This document shows positions 1 to 11,249 of a stretch of DNA of 36,187 nt, in pieces (within the stretch, counting starts at the first letter, position 1; every line of letters starts with the position of its first letter). The notes beneath the pieces are model-generated. The model did no database searches. It was not told where the DNA came from and saw only the letters and a list, made by a program, of their open reading frames with translations. The translations under genes were made by a program, and so were the position numbers. Origin of the DNA: Chiloscyllium plagiosum (Eukaryota). Location: positions 81,792,028 through 81,828,214 of the forward strand of contig NC_057718.1 in the NCBI RefSeq assembly GCF_004010195.1, written 5' to 3'.

Positions 1-204
1 AACTTGAACTTAGCAAAACAAAATCAACCTTTTGGCCTTGAGTTTACCTGAGGAATGCACCTCACCATACAACCCAGCACTCTGTCGCTTTTTGGACTCA
101 ACATTCAGCTCAACAAGAACATTCCATCTGGCCCTGTTTTGTTTGCTTCTTTTCTGGTTCATCTCTTCCCATTTCTTTCTTTATTCCTTCGCTTTGAATC
201 TGGA

Positions 205-515
205 CAATTTGCACTCAGTGAGTTCTCACAAAAACAAATATGATAGGAAGTGAGACAATCTGTTTTTTGTTGTGATGTTAAATGAGAGATAAATTGGGAT
301 ATCTTCCTTGGTCCACTTTGAAATAGTGCTGTGGGATCTTTGACATGCACTTGGGGGGTTAGAAGGGCTGTTTGTTTAACGTCTTATCTGAAAGACAATA
401 CCACTGACAATGCAGCTCTCCCTCAGTAATGTAACTGAGTGCCAGCTTAGACATTGCCCCTCCAGCCTCTGGAAGGGCATTTGAACTCACTGAGAGGTCA
501 GATTACTGCCAATGA
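205..515 (+). mobile_element. Degenerate DeuSINE (SacSINE1/AmnSINE1-like Deu domain and tail)
   Basis: Motifs aatttgcactcagtgagttctcacaaa...caatctgtttttt.ttgtgatgtt...tttgaaatagtgctgtgggatcttt...gtttaacgtcttatctgaaagac...gacaatgcagctctccctcagta resemble the Deu domain. Similar blocks occur at 20950 and 21830. Confidence 0.7.
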
Positions 516-1693
516 ACAATGGCTGACAAATAAAAGGAACCAGAAAAGCCTAGTATGTATAATTATCAATCCAGCCTTAACTGATAAAATAAAATGGCTA
601 TCATTCACCATCACCCAGGACACCTTTGCCATACAATAAAACCTCTTTGAAAATATTGGACCTTGCACATCTTGTCTTGGTCAGAGGTTTGTGTGAAACT
701 CTATTTATGTTTGGAAATAGAGAATTTGATGAGATTCAGGACCGAATAAATGTCAAACACATGGAGTGTCAAAATATCAAACAGGTATAGGAGAGAAATA
801 CGAGGACTATATTGTTAATTGTGTTTGTCTTATTCTAATATTGACATTTTTTCACAATTCAGCATCACATGCTTAATCTTGGCTGCAGTCTGAGTCCAAT
901 TCCCTTATTGCTTTTTGTTCAATTCTTAGTGCACGAGTGTTAATTGATAATAAAGTACAGCATATACTCCATTGTGTTATTTACTATTACATTAATTCTG
1001 TTAAATCTACACTGCTCCCCGTGGTGATTTAAATATTTGAAAGTGATATAACATAGTATGTGACAGTCCACTTGCAGAAAAAGGACAGCCCATGCACTCG
1101 GGACTGAAAACTAATCTAGGAACACAACATCTTTGGTAACCTAATGTTATTTCTGGCCTTCAGCTAGTAATACCTTGTGAAAAAAAACCAATTAAAATGC
1201 AGTCAATCAAGCTATACCTGTCCCTTTAAGGATTCTTCTGAAGTCTTGGCATCTTATCCCTTCACTGAAATTGTTTGGGATTTGTCTGCTGGGATATATG
1301 TAAGTAATCTCTTGGATAAAATAATGCTGCCAGTACACATAGATCACAATTACAAAACAAATTATCAAATAAACCTGTTCACTCTGGCTGCTCACTATAT
1401 TGCCACAGTTTGTTCAAATTAAGCTGTGACTTTTATTTTTGCTTATACACACACCAAGTCTATTTTGCTGCAAGATAGATGCCGCCTATCTTGCAGACGC
1501 AATAACTCACCGCATTCTGCAAGTCAATCGTTCTTAATGTGATTCACCAGGAATTGAGTGACAAATCTACCAGAGAACTGCAATAAACAGCATTATGCTC
1601 TCCAGTATGAAGAGCTGTGAAGTGTTGGGAAGCCTACATAAAGTACATGGTTTGGGTGAAAGATTTTGGTCTTGCACCTACCATTGACACCAA

Positions 1694-2510
1694 CATAAGA
1701 AACAGAAACAGGAGGAGACCAATCAGCCCTTTGAGCCTGTTCCACCATTCAATGAGATTGTGGCTAATACTTCAGCAGCTTCCTGCATTAACCCTGTATT
1801 CCTAGATGTTTTTAATTTGTAAAAGTCTTTCCATCTGTCTTGAATGTAATCAATGACTGAGCCTCCACAGTCCTTTGTGAATTCCAGAGATTCATGCTCT
1901 CTGACTGAAGCAATCCCTCTTTATCTCAGCCCTAAATGGTCTGCCCTTTATTCTGAAATTTTGTCCTGAGATCTGGATTCCCTCAGCCAGGAGCAACAGC
2001 CTTCCTACATCCACCCTGTCAGAATGCTATATATTTGAATAATAACCACTCTCATTCTTCTAACTTTCGGGATTGTTGGCCCAATCTATTCAACCCATCC
2101 TCATAGGAAAACCCCTCTATCCCACAAATTAGTTTGGTGCACTCTATGGCAAGAACATCTTTCTGTAGTAGACAAGCAAGAGGCTGGAAGAACACAACAA
2201 GCCGGGCAGCATTAGGAGGTGCAGAAGTTGAAGTTTTGGGTATAACCCTTCTACCTGAAACGCCAACTTCACAACACAATGCTGCAGGGATGGACTCAAC
2301 AAGGCTCTATAGAATTGTAGAATGACATCTTAAATCCTATACTTGAATCTTCTTGTAATGAAAGCCAATGCCTCATTTGCATTCTCAATTGCTTGCAATA
2401 CCTGCATGTTCACTTTCAATGACTCGTGAACAAGGACATGTTCAAGACAAGTTCCCAGCCTCTCACTATTTAAGAAATACCCTGAATTCCTGCATTTCTG
2501 ACAAAGTTTT
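1694..2510 (-). mobile_element. CR1/HER1-like LINE 3' fragment, degenerate, interrupted by a Penelope-like palindrome
   Basis: Reverse complement resembles the 3' end of the younger CR1 at 31754-33212 (YEDGLNRLG; tail ...ctcctcctgtttctgtttcttatgt). Confidence 0.75.
2166..2272. mobile_element. Penelope-like palindromic remnant
   Basis: gtagacaagcaagaggctggaagaacacaacaagccgggcagcattaggagg...tataacccttc.acctgaaacgccaac is homologous to the hairpin at 30572-30751. Confidence 0.6.
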
Positions 2511-2731
2511 ATGCCAATGCATTATCTAATTTGGAATGTGTTAATCATATTGAAACATGTAACTATTCTATTTTTCATTTCATATTGGTGAAGGTAATGT
2601 GGTTGTGGCAGAGTCCTGTGTTTTGTGTTTATCTCATGGTGGTGGAATAGAACATTGAAGGAGAAATAGTATCCTGATTAGAAGAACTACATTGTGAGTT
2701 TGAGAACAAAAAGGCAGCACTGGAGATTGAT

Positions 2732-2920
2732 GTGGAGGTGCCAGTGTTGGATTGGAGTAGATAGGGTCAGAAGTCAGATGACATCAGGTTATAGTCCAAC
2801 AGGTTTATTGAAGTCACAAGCTTTCAGAGCGTTGCTCTTTCACCAGGTGGTCACTCCAAAAGCTTGCAATTTCAAATAAACCTATTGGACTATAACCTGG
2901 TGTCATCTGACTTCTGACCT
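2732..2920. mobile_element. Penelope-like inverted-repeat element with 16-bp target-site duplication
   Basis: Arms ggtcagaagtcagatgacatcaggttatagtccaacaggtttatt and aataaacctattggactataacctggtgtcatctgacttctgacc. Flanked by identical AGCACTGGAGATTGAT at 2716-2731 and 2921-2936. Confidence 0.75.
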
Positions 2921-3324
2921 AGCACTGGAGATTGATAAGGGTTTTAGACATGCCCCTCCAGACAAGTGCCTGATTTTAGTCCCAAAGATGGAGAACATGG
3001 ATAGCTTTGAACAGAACATTGATGTAACTAAATTGGCCAAATGTTGGTGTTAACTTATGTGGCATTCCCCCATAACAAGAAAAGGATATAAAGGAGACTT
3101 TCAAAAAAGGATTTGTTGCTGTAATGAGGGCAATGATTTCATTAACTGCTCCAAAGATACATTTAAAGGTCTTAGACGATCAATCTAAGTGTATCTGAGA
3201 TGGACCGTAGTTTATTGGACCTCAAAGGAACCACTGTCATTGTGAGTGTGTATTAATCCTTAATAGTTTAGAAAAGATGCACCATCATGTTGTTTTGTGC
3301 TGTAGATGCCTGGGCCTGAACTTT

Positions 3325-3600
3325 TAGGCCAACAAAGTGGATAACCTCTTATTTTTCCATCTGCCAATTTTTTGCCCACTGACTTGGTGCTTCTAAATCC
3401 CCTTATAAATCTTTGTACTTTCGTTATAACTCAGTTGCTTTTATTTATGCATCACCTATAAACTTGTAACTATTACATTTAATCCCCACAAACAGATCAT
3501 TGATATAGATTGTGAATAGCTGGAGCCCAGGCACTGATCTTTGCAGCGCTCCATCAGTCGCAACCTGCCGATATTGAAATGATATTTAATCCCCCTCTGT
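3325..3600 (-). mobile_element. Old CR1-like LINE RT fragment
   Basis: Reverse strand reads QRSVPGLQLFTIYINDL, homologous to QGSVLGPQLFTIYVNDI in the 32192 ORF. Confidence 0.6.
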
Positions 3601-4587
3601 TTTTCATACATGAAGAGTGATGTATTCCTAATCCAAGCCAGTGCCTAAATTGAGCCTTAGACTATGGTTACATTAACTGGACCTCAACATGTTTCAGACT
3701 TACCCAATAGAGTGGGGCCATCAGGTGAATTGTGAAGTATTTCTGGTTCATTTGACTCCATGAGGACAGTTATGAATCTAAAAGTGAAATGATCCTTTTG
3801 TGGACAACTGCGGGAGAACAATCAGCTGAGCAAGCCTTGGTCTGTTCACATCAATGCCCAGTTGGGTAAAATGGTTCTGAACCAGGCATCAGTTTCTCAT
3901 TGACATATGGAGGATGTTATTAACCTCAGCATTTCCTAAAAGGTCAGCATTACCCCACTCTCAGCTGACATCCATCATTCTCTGACTTCCTTAGTTTTCT
4001 ACTACACTGTACTTTTCTGATCAACACATCTCGCAGTTTCATTATCCCTTTCCCTCTAGGCATTTCCTCAGATTTACACTTGAACAGTCCCCACTCAGAG
4101 CCAACCTCATCCGTATTGCCCTCTTGTACCCATCCCAATCCATCCCTCACAGTCACGTTTCTCAACAAACTTTTCACACTCAGAAGAACTCTCAACTTTC
4201 CGTCATTTAAGGAGAAGACTCAAAAGGGAAACACATTGTGAATGGTGTTCTCATTTGCCTTTTGCAGTGAAAGAAAGAAGTTATTTGAATGTCTTATTCT
4301 CAGGATTTGTCACATGGTCCAGTCACCACGAGTGGTGAGATAGCTTCATGGAGACGATGGGCTGGCTGACAGTGAGAATCAATTGTGTCTCCAAGGGCAA
4401 TGGGCCTTAGATTTTCCAATGGTATTTTCAGAGACCCAATACACACACGCAGGAATAAAACACAGAACTGTGGATGCTGGAAATCTGAAGCTTTCAGCAC
4501 AGCTAACACATGTTTACCCACTCATAGTCCCTATTAGTGCCTATCTAGTTATTTTTCCCTCCTGGAATATTATCAACAAACCCTTTT

Positions 4588-4702
4588 GAAGTGCCTCCAC
4601 AGAGGCCAGTACCCCTTTAATTACACATGAACAGCCCCTGACACTGATCCAGCTCCCGCAGAACCAGTTCTCAGAGTGAACAGAAGCTCTGACACTCATG
4701 TC
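4588..4702 (-). mobile_element. 3' part of a Gypsy-type LTR (family A); insertion target of Tx1 copy 1
   Basis: Similar to 6003-6120 (gacactgatccagctccc.caga.ccag.tctcagagtga) and to the LTR end at 30025-30100. Ends ...CA on the minus strand. Confidence 0.6.
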
Positions 4703-5770
4703 TTTTTTAACTTTTTTTCCCCACACTGCCGCCTAACTGCGGTAGTGCTTATTTATTCCCCCAGCACCCATGTTGTGTGTGTGCAGGTATGAGACACAGT
4801 GAGAGACACAAGGTGCATGAATCTTTATTCAAATTTCCACCACCAGGAAGCAAAGAGACATCTGAGTGGCCAGTGACAAGCAGTGCCCTTCACATCAAAG
4901 GGCAATGCTGCATGATCAAACAGGGAAGGGGTGGGCAGGGATTAAATCAAAATAGAGTTGGAGGGGGAAATAATACACTATGACCAGCACTCGACTCCTG
5001 TAAGACAGCACTCGGCGCAGTCCTGTCCAGCGGCCTAGGCAATCCGAGACATTGGCCTCCAGCTCCTGCCAGTTGGCCAGCCAGGATTCCTCAGCCGGGT
5101 TGAGGTAGACCCCCAGGTAGAGGAGGTGGTACTCCAGCTGAACCCCGTAACTCCTCCGGCAGGGAGTCCACCCGCCACAGACCGACCAGTAGTCCGGAAC
5201 ATTTGGCACAGTTGATCCTGGCGGAAGACGCTGCCGAGTACACGGCCTGGCATTCGTGCATCCTGTGAAGAGCACGTCGTTGGCGTAAGCTGAGAGGACC
5301 ACCTCTGTGCCCGCATCGTGTAGAACCAGCCCCGCCAACACAGGAAAGGCTCCACACACAGGGAATACAGCTGGCCGGACAGGGGGCAGCCTTAACATAC
5401 TCCTCTCCCAAAGCGAAGGGGCGCCTTCAGGGACCCGTTAACTTTAACCAGATACTCTGCAGTGGTGTACAAAAGTCAGATTCGGGCAACGAACTGCATC
5501 CTGAACCCAAATGCCCACAGAATCCCGAGCAGGTACTATTGATCGACCCTGTTGAACGTCTTCTCTTAGTCGAGAGAGAGGAAGGCGCTCGGCAGACCAG
5601 CCCGTCGACAGAAACGGATCAGGTCCCGGACCAGGTGGACATTATCATGTATCCTCCAGCCCAGGAGCATGTAGGACTGGTCCAGGTGAATCATGTGGGC
5701 CAGCATGGAGGCCAGGCGAGAAGACAACACTCTGGTGAAGATTTTATAGTCTGTGCTGAGGAGGACACTC
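4703..5770 (-). mobile_element. Tx1-clade non-LTR retrotransposon copy 1: 5'-truncated, internally deleted ORF2 (RT fragments), 3' UTR, A-rich tail
   Basis: LLSTDYKIFTRVLSSRL..IHLDQSY, LSAYAND, YLGVYL and LSYRSRVLVI joined directly to the last ORF2 codons. Stop at 4942-4944; 3' UTR shared with copies 2-4; T-run from 4703. Confidence 0.85.
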
Positions 5771-6024
5771 CTATTTATTTTTTTTTTCCCTTTTTATGTA
5801 TCTCTCTCTCATCACCACTGAAATCCAGTATCCCGTCACCCAGCCCAGGAGCATGTAGGACTGGTCTGGGTGAATCATGTGGGCCAGCATGGAGGCCAGG
5901 TGAGAAGACAACACTCTAGTGAAGATTTTATAGTCTGTGCTGAGGAGGACACTCCTATTTATTTTTTTTTTCCCTTTTTATGTATCTCTCTCTCATCACC
6001 ACTGAAATCCAGTATCCCGTCACC
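5656..6024. repeat. 184-bp tandem duplication (5656-5839 / 5840-6024)
   Basis: Two near-identical units, each containing a Tx1 RT piece, gacactcctatttat(10), and the PBS/LTR end. Confidence 0.9.
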
Positions 6025-6120
6025 ACGTCATCCTTCATTTACATATGGACAGTCCATGACACTGATCCAGCTCCCTCAGAGCCAGCTCTCAGAGTGAGAG
6101 GACGCCTGACCCTCCTGTTC
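5990..6120 (-). mobile_element. Gypsy-type LTR 3' part plus PBS-like sequence (family A)
   Basis: Minus strand ...gtgacgggatactggatttCA-GTGGTGATGAG has the same layout as the LTR/PBS junction at 30011-30060 (...gttattttA-GTGGTGACGG). Confidence 0.65.
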
Positions 6121-6366
6121 TTTTTTTATTTTTTTTAAAACCACCCCCCACACTACCATCTAACTGCGATAGTGCTTATTTTTTCCCGAGCACCTATGTT
6201 GTGCGTGTGTGGGTATGAGACAGTGAGAGACACAAGGTGTACAAATCTTTATTCAATTTCCACCAGCAGGAAGATAGGAAAACACCCAAGTGGCCAGTGA
6301 CAAACACTGCCCTTCACATCAAAGGGCAATGCTGTGTGATCAAAACAGTGAAGGGGAGGGTACGGA

Positions 6367-8114
6367 CTAAATCAAAATAGAGTTGGAGGGAGAAATGATG
6401 CACTCCACTCCCTGCGGCGCCCACCTCTCCCTGAACAACTCCAGGGTGTTGGTAGACACCGCGTGCTCCTTCTCCAAGGACACCCGGGCTCTAACGCAAG
6501 AGGGGCAGGCAGTTGGCCCTAACGATCCCCTCCACGGCCCGCTGCCTGGATCTGTTGATGGCCAGTTTAGCCAGGCTCAGGAACAGACCCACAAGGAGGT
6601 CTTCAGACCTGCCCTCCCTCCTCCGTACCGGGTGCCCGAAGATCAGGAGCGTGGGACTGAAGTGCTGAGGAGGGAGACCGGACGCCAGTTCTTCAAAGGT
6701 CTTCCTTCTTTGGCAGCAGGACGATGACCGCCCTGCACCAAGAAAGGGGCAGCTCTCTGGCATTTAGACACTCCCCCAGGACCTGTGCATAGTCGCTCCC
6801 CAGGACGTCCCAGAACGCCCTGAAGAACGCCACAGTCAGCCCGTCCAGCCCCGGGGACTTGCCCCTCGAGAGCGCCGGTCAGCTCCTCTAAAGTGACAGG
6901 AGCGTCGAGCCTTCCGGCGTCCTCCGGGCTAAGCTGCGGCAGGTCCTCCCACAGAACTCTGCGAGCATCCTCGCTGGACGGATCCGGAGAGAACAGAGCC
7001 ATGTAATAGTTTCGGACGTGGGCCCTGATACCCTNNNNNNNNNNNNNNNNNNNNNNNNNNNNNNNNNNNNNNNNNNNNNNNNNNNNNNNNNNNNNNNNNN
7101 NNNNNNNNNNNNNNNNNNNNNNNNNNNNNNNNNNNNNNNNNNNNNNNNNNNNNNNNNNNNNNNNNNNNNNNGGTCGAGCAACTCCCCGATCCTGGATTTC
7201 CGCCTCTTCGTCGACCCCCTTGCGTACTCCTGACAGAAGACGCGGACGTGAGCCTTGCCCACGTCCCACCATAGCCTCAGGGAGGGGAAGCTTCCCCGCT
7301 TCCTTCTCCAGCCGGCCCAGAAACGACGAAACGAGTCCCGGAACCGCTCGTCCTCCAGCAGCAGGTTGTTAAAGTGCCAGTACACGGAACCGAGCCTGGC
7401 GCTGAACGGAAGGAGTTCCGCCCACACCAGGTGGTGGTCCGTTCACGACACCTGCCGCGTGGAGGCCTTCGGAAAAAAGGAGGCATACGCCCGCGAAACA
7501 TACAGGCGGTCAATTCTGGACGTTCCGACCCCAGGCCTCACGAAGGTGAAGGCGATGGAGTCGGGATGGAGATTCCGCCAGACGTCCACCAGGTCAAAGG
7601 ACTTGACCAAGTCCCCCAACCTCCTCCCTGACGCCCAACCGGTGCAGGCACCGCCGTGGTCCCTGCCCTCGAGGACGCAGTTAAAATCTCCCCCGAGGAC
7701 GACGCACTGGTTCTCGTCGATGGAGGCGAGGTGAGCGGACACTTCTCCGAAGAAGCTCGCTTGCCTCGGCCCGGCCAGGGGAGCATAGACGTTCACCAAG
7801 TGAAGCACCGCGCCCCCCAGCCGAACCATCAGGTGAAGCAAACGGCCTGGCACAGGCTCCCTGACCCCCAAGACCTCTGGCTGAAAATGCAGGGCCAACA
7901 GGATAGCCACCCCACCAGATCTGCGGGTGAGGTGACTCATGTAGACCCCCCCTCACCACTCCAGGAGCCAGGTGGCTTCGTCTCCCGGGGTAGTGTGGGT
8001 TTCTTGCAGGAAGCACACCGCATACCTCCCGTCCCGGAGGCCCAAGAGGGTCTGGAATCTGCGCTGTGACTCCCTGCTGCCATTGATGTTGAGGCTGGCT
8101 ATAGTTGTCTCCAT
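6367..8114 (-). pseudogene. Tx1 ORF2 (APE endonuclease, start of RT, C-terminus), disrupted
   Basis: ATG at 8114: METTIASLNING..FLQETH..VNVYAP..GGDFNC..SRIDR..DHH (APE); WHFNN.LL, WWDVGK; KSPGLDG, NWRPVSLL (RT start); then a jump to HFSPTLLIFG..AKLAI. In-frame stops near 7953 and at 7443. Confidence 0.9.
7035..7171. other. Assembly gap (137 N)
   Basis: Run of n. Confidence 1.
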
Positions 8115-8169
8115 GTCGGAAGCATTGTGCAACCACCACCAGTACAGTTAAAAACCTATATATACACAT

Positions 8170-10497
8170 TTACTGGGTGGACGAGGGAGGGGCACAGATG
8201 TCCCTCGCCCTCACCAGGAGTGTCCCCAGGAAGTTCCTGATTCGCTTTCACTCGTTCACGTTGAGCCCAGGCACCTGGCAAGCAGCGTGGGCCGACCAGT
8301 AAACTCTCTCAAATGAGCTCCAGCGGTCAAGCGCCAGTTGGGCTCTATCCAAGCGACTCAGTTTCCTCGACAAATTCCCGGAGTTCCTCGAGGGGGAGAT
8401 CAGTAGGGGGCACCGATCCCGAACCCTCCACCGGGAGGTCGCCCTCAGTCACCGACCCCTCCACCACCGAGAGGATGGGGGCTGGTCCGGCGCCACCAAC
8501 TGACCTCAAACCCCCGGTGACCCCACCCCCAGGGTCACCAGCGGTACCTTCCTCAGCACACCCCTTCCCGGATCGCCCTGAGTTCGGGTCACTGGGCGGC
8601 AGAGGCTCGGGGCCCCGCTCCCCTCCTGACACCGGGACACCTGGCTCCTCGGGGAAAAGGTCCTCCCCCAGGGCCAAGGCCCCCGGAAAAACAGTCTGGG
8701 AGGGAGGAGTGAGGATAACACCTTCCTTCCCTCCACCGCTCGACGACCCCGCAGAGGGTCCTCCGTTGTCGCCCGCACCACGGCCCATGTGGTTATTAAA
8801 GTCCTCCCCAGGGATTGGAGGAGTTGAGGCAGTAGGAGGCCCTGCTGTAGCCCCTGGGAGTTTGGGTAGGTCGGGCCACGGTGCAGGACAGTCAAGAGGC
8901 ACCATTGGCTCGTCCCCTGGAGAGGAGTAGCACTGCTGGAGTGTCTCTCTCCTCCAAGGGGCAGCATCTCTTCACCAGAGAGACAGGGAGGAATTTATGG
9001 GCCTTCCCCTCCCCGCCCGCCTTGGTGCTCATGGGGCCCGAGGCCCCTTCCTCCAGCCTTTCCCGGAATAAGATTGGCTGGGGGAAGACAGGGGGCGTGG
9101 CCAGGTTGGGGAGGGTCAGCCGTGTCACTTTCTGCCCTGCCCCTGGTTTATCAGGTGATGGTGGGGAGTCCAGTTCCCTTTTCGGGGCCCAGAGACACGC
9201 TCGCTGCAGGAGGTAGAGCAGCGGTGGTTCACCCCAGGTTAGTGATAGGGTGTGGCTGCGTGGGGCGAGGCTCAAGGGCAGGCGTTGAAGCCCCAGGGGT
9301 TTCTCTATCGGGATGTGGGGTGGATGTGGGGTCAGTGGGGCCAGGATCAGTTACGGGTTTGGGGGTCAGGGTTCCCGCGCCGGGGCGATGCTGGCACGGC
9401 CACAGGGGCATTGTCGTGCTGGGGCGGGGCAGGTCATGGGCCAGGTGTCGGGGAAGGAGATAGGGTGGTCTCCCCGTGGGCGGGCCTGACGCGTTGCGTC
9501 TTCTCGAGTGCCTTCTGACCGGCCGGACGCTCACCCCCCTCCCTGCCAGAGGCTGGAGCATTGAAAGCCTCCGGCTTAGCACCCGGTGCCGGGGCTTGTG
9601 GGGGAGGGGGAGGGGGAGTGGGTGCGGCGGCACCACCATCAGCTGTTGGCACAGGCTGGGCAGCCTTCTGGGTGGGGCAGTTTTCTCTAATGTGCCCCAC
9701 CTCGTGGCACAGGTGGCACCACACGCCACATTGAAAGCCTCCGGCTTAGCGCCCGGTGCCGGGGCTTGTGGTGTTGACTTTGGGGGAGGGGGAGGGGGAG
9801 TGGGTGCGGCAGCACCACCATCAGCTGTTGGCACAGGCTGGGCAGCCTTCTGGGTGGGGCAGTTTTCTCCAATGTGCCCCACCTCGTGGCACAGGTGGCA
9901 CCACACGCCATCCGCCATCCAGAAGGTGCAATAGGCCACGCCCTCGTGGAGGAGGGTGAAAGAGCCCTCGGTGACCTCCTCCTGGGCCAGGCAAATGAAC
10001 ACCTGACATCGGTAGGACTATATATGTCAGAGGGCAGGGTCCTTAAGACCGAGCAGGAGCGGTTGGACACCCGACCAGATTTGCCCCAGGGTGGTGAGGT
10101 GGGGGAGAAGGAGCTCGCTGGCAATGAAGGGCGGGACGTTGGAGATCACGACCCTCTGGGCCGTAACCTCCAGAGGGTCGATGGGCAAATGTGTCCCGCC
10201 CACAGTGAGCCCCTTCTCCACGGCCAGGTGGACCATCTGCTCGGTCTTTAGGAAAAAGACGGCCTTCCCCTACATCCGGGCCGCAGCGACGATGGCCAGT
10301 GGGCTGACCACACTAGCCATGACCTTGCTGCAGGCCTCGATGGTCATATTGGGGTGGGGATAGGCCTTTACCACCAGGCGTTTAGTTAAGTGCCTGAAGG
10401 GGGTCGTGGTTGCAGCCAGGTTTGGAGCAGCCGAGCCTAAGGCAGCGACTACCCCGGCATAGATGCGGCTGGGCCCCGCGACCTTCGGGCTCACCAT
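8170..10497 (-). pseudogene. Tx1 ORF1 (gag-like, CCHC zinc knuckle, Pro/Gly-rich C-terminus), disrupted
   Basis: MVSPKVAG...AARM*GKAVFFL...RVVISNVPPFI...L*HI*SYRCQVF...CHLCHEVGHIGENC. Nonsense codons and frameshifts; 3' end approximate. Confidence 0.85.
9559..9910. repeat. Tandem duplication of the ORF1 zinc-knuckle segment (170 bp + 182 bp)
   Basis: cattgaaagcctccggcttagc starts at 9559 and 9729. The second unit has a 12-bp extra segment. Confidence 0.9.
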
Positions 10498-10519
10498 ACT
10501 CTGCTGCTGGATGTTGGTG

Positions 10520-11120
10520 TGCCCCAGGCAGCAGCGGTGGAGGTGGGCCTCTGGCAGCAGCAGTGGCGGAAGTCGCGGGGTGGTGCCCAAGGTGAGTCCC
10601 AGGCAGCGACGGTGGAGACCAGCCTCAGGCAACAGCAGCGGTGGAGGCAGGCCTTGGGCGAGTCCCAGGTAGGACCTTAGTCGCAGCGGTGCAGGCAGAC
10701 CTGTTGGGGAGGGTCCCCAAGGAAAGTCCCAGGCAGCAGCAGTGGAGGTGGGCCTCCAGCAGTGGCAGTGGTGGAGTTTGTGGGGTGGGGCCCAAGGCGA
10801 GTTCCAGGCAGCGGTGGTGGAGGCAGGCCTCTGGCAAGTCCTAGGCAGGCCCTTGGTCGCAGCGGTGGGGGCAGACCTGTTGGGGAGGGTCCCCAAGGCA
10901 AGTCCCAGGCAGCAGCAGTGGAGATGGACCTCTAACAACAGCAGCAGTGGTGGAGGTCCTGGGAGGGGCCCCAAGGCAAGTCCCAGACAGCAGCAGTGAG
11001 GCAGGCCCCAAGCAGCAACAGCTGAGGCAGGTCTGGGCGGGGTCCCAGAGACCAGCAGTGGGAGTGGGCCCCAGGTCAGCAGCAACACTCCCTTGACCTG
11101 GGTGAGGCCCAGGCTGCAGC
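10520..11120. repeat. GC-rich degenerate tandem repeats in the Tx1 5' UTR
   Basis: Recurrent cccaaggc(a/g)agtcccaggcagcagcagtggagg sub-units. gcagacctgttggggagggtccccaagg recurs about 177 bp apart (about 10695 and 10871). Confidence 0.8.
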
Positions 11121-11249
11121 TCCAAAAGTAGGCCCCAGACTCAAAAGCTCTCACCTTCTTCTTCCTTCTTCTCTCTCGCTGTGGGGCAGCTGATCCAAGG
11201 ACAGTCCCCGTCAAGGAGAGCGCACACACACACACTGATCCAACTCTCA

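Larger units (their letters stand above)
6121..11245 (-). mobile_element. Tx1-clade non-LTR retrotransposon copy 2, near full length (repeat-rich 5' UTR, ORF1, ORF2 with most of RT deleted, 3' UTR, A tail)
   Basis: ORF1 and ORF2 motifs in order, GC-rich body and T-run at 6121. Contains an assembly gap. The 5' boundary is approximate. Confidence 0.9.

Noticed and set aside
10520..11120. CRISPR-like array
   Set aside because: Units are degenerate, there are no unique spacers, the context is eukaryotic, and it lies in a Tx1 5' UTR.
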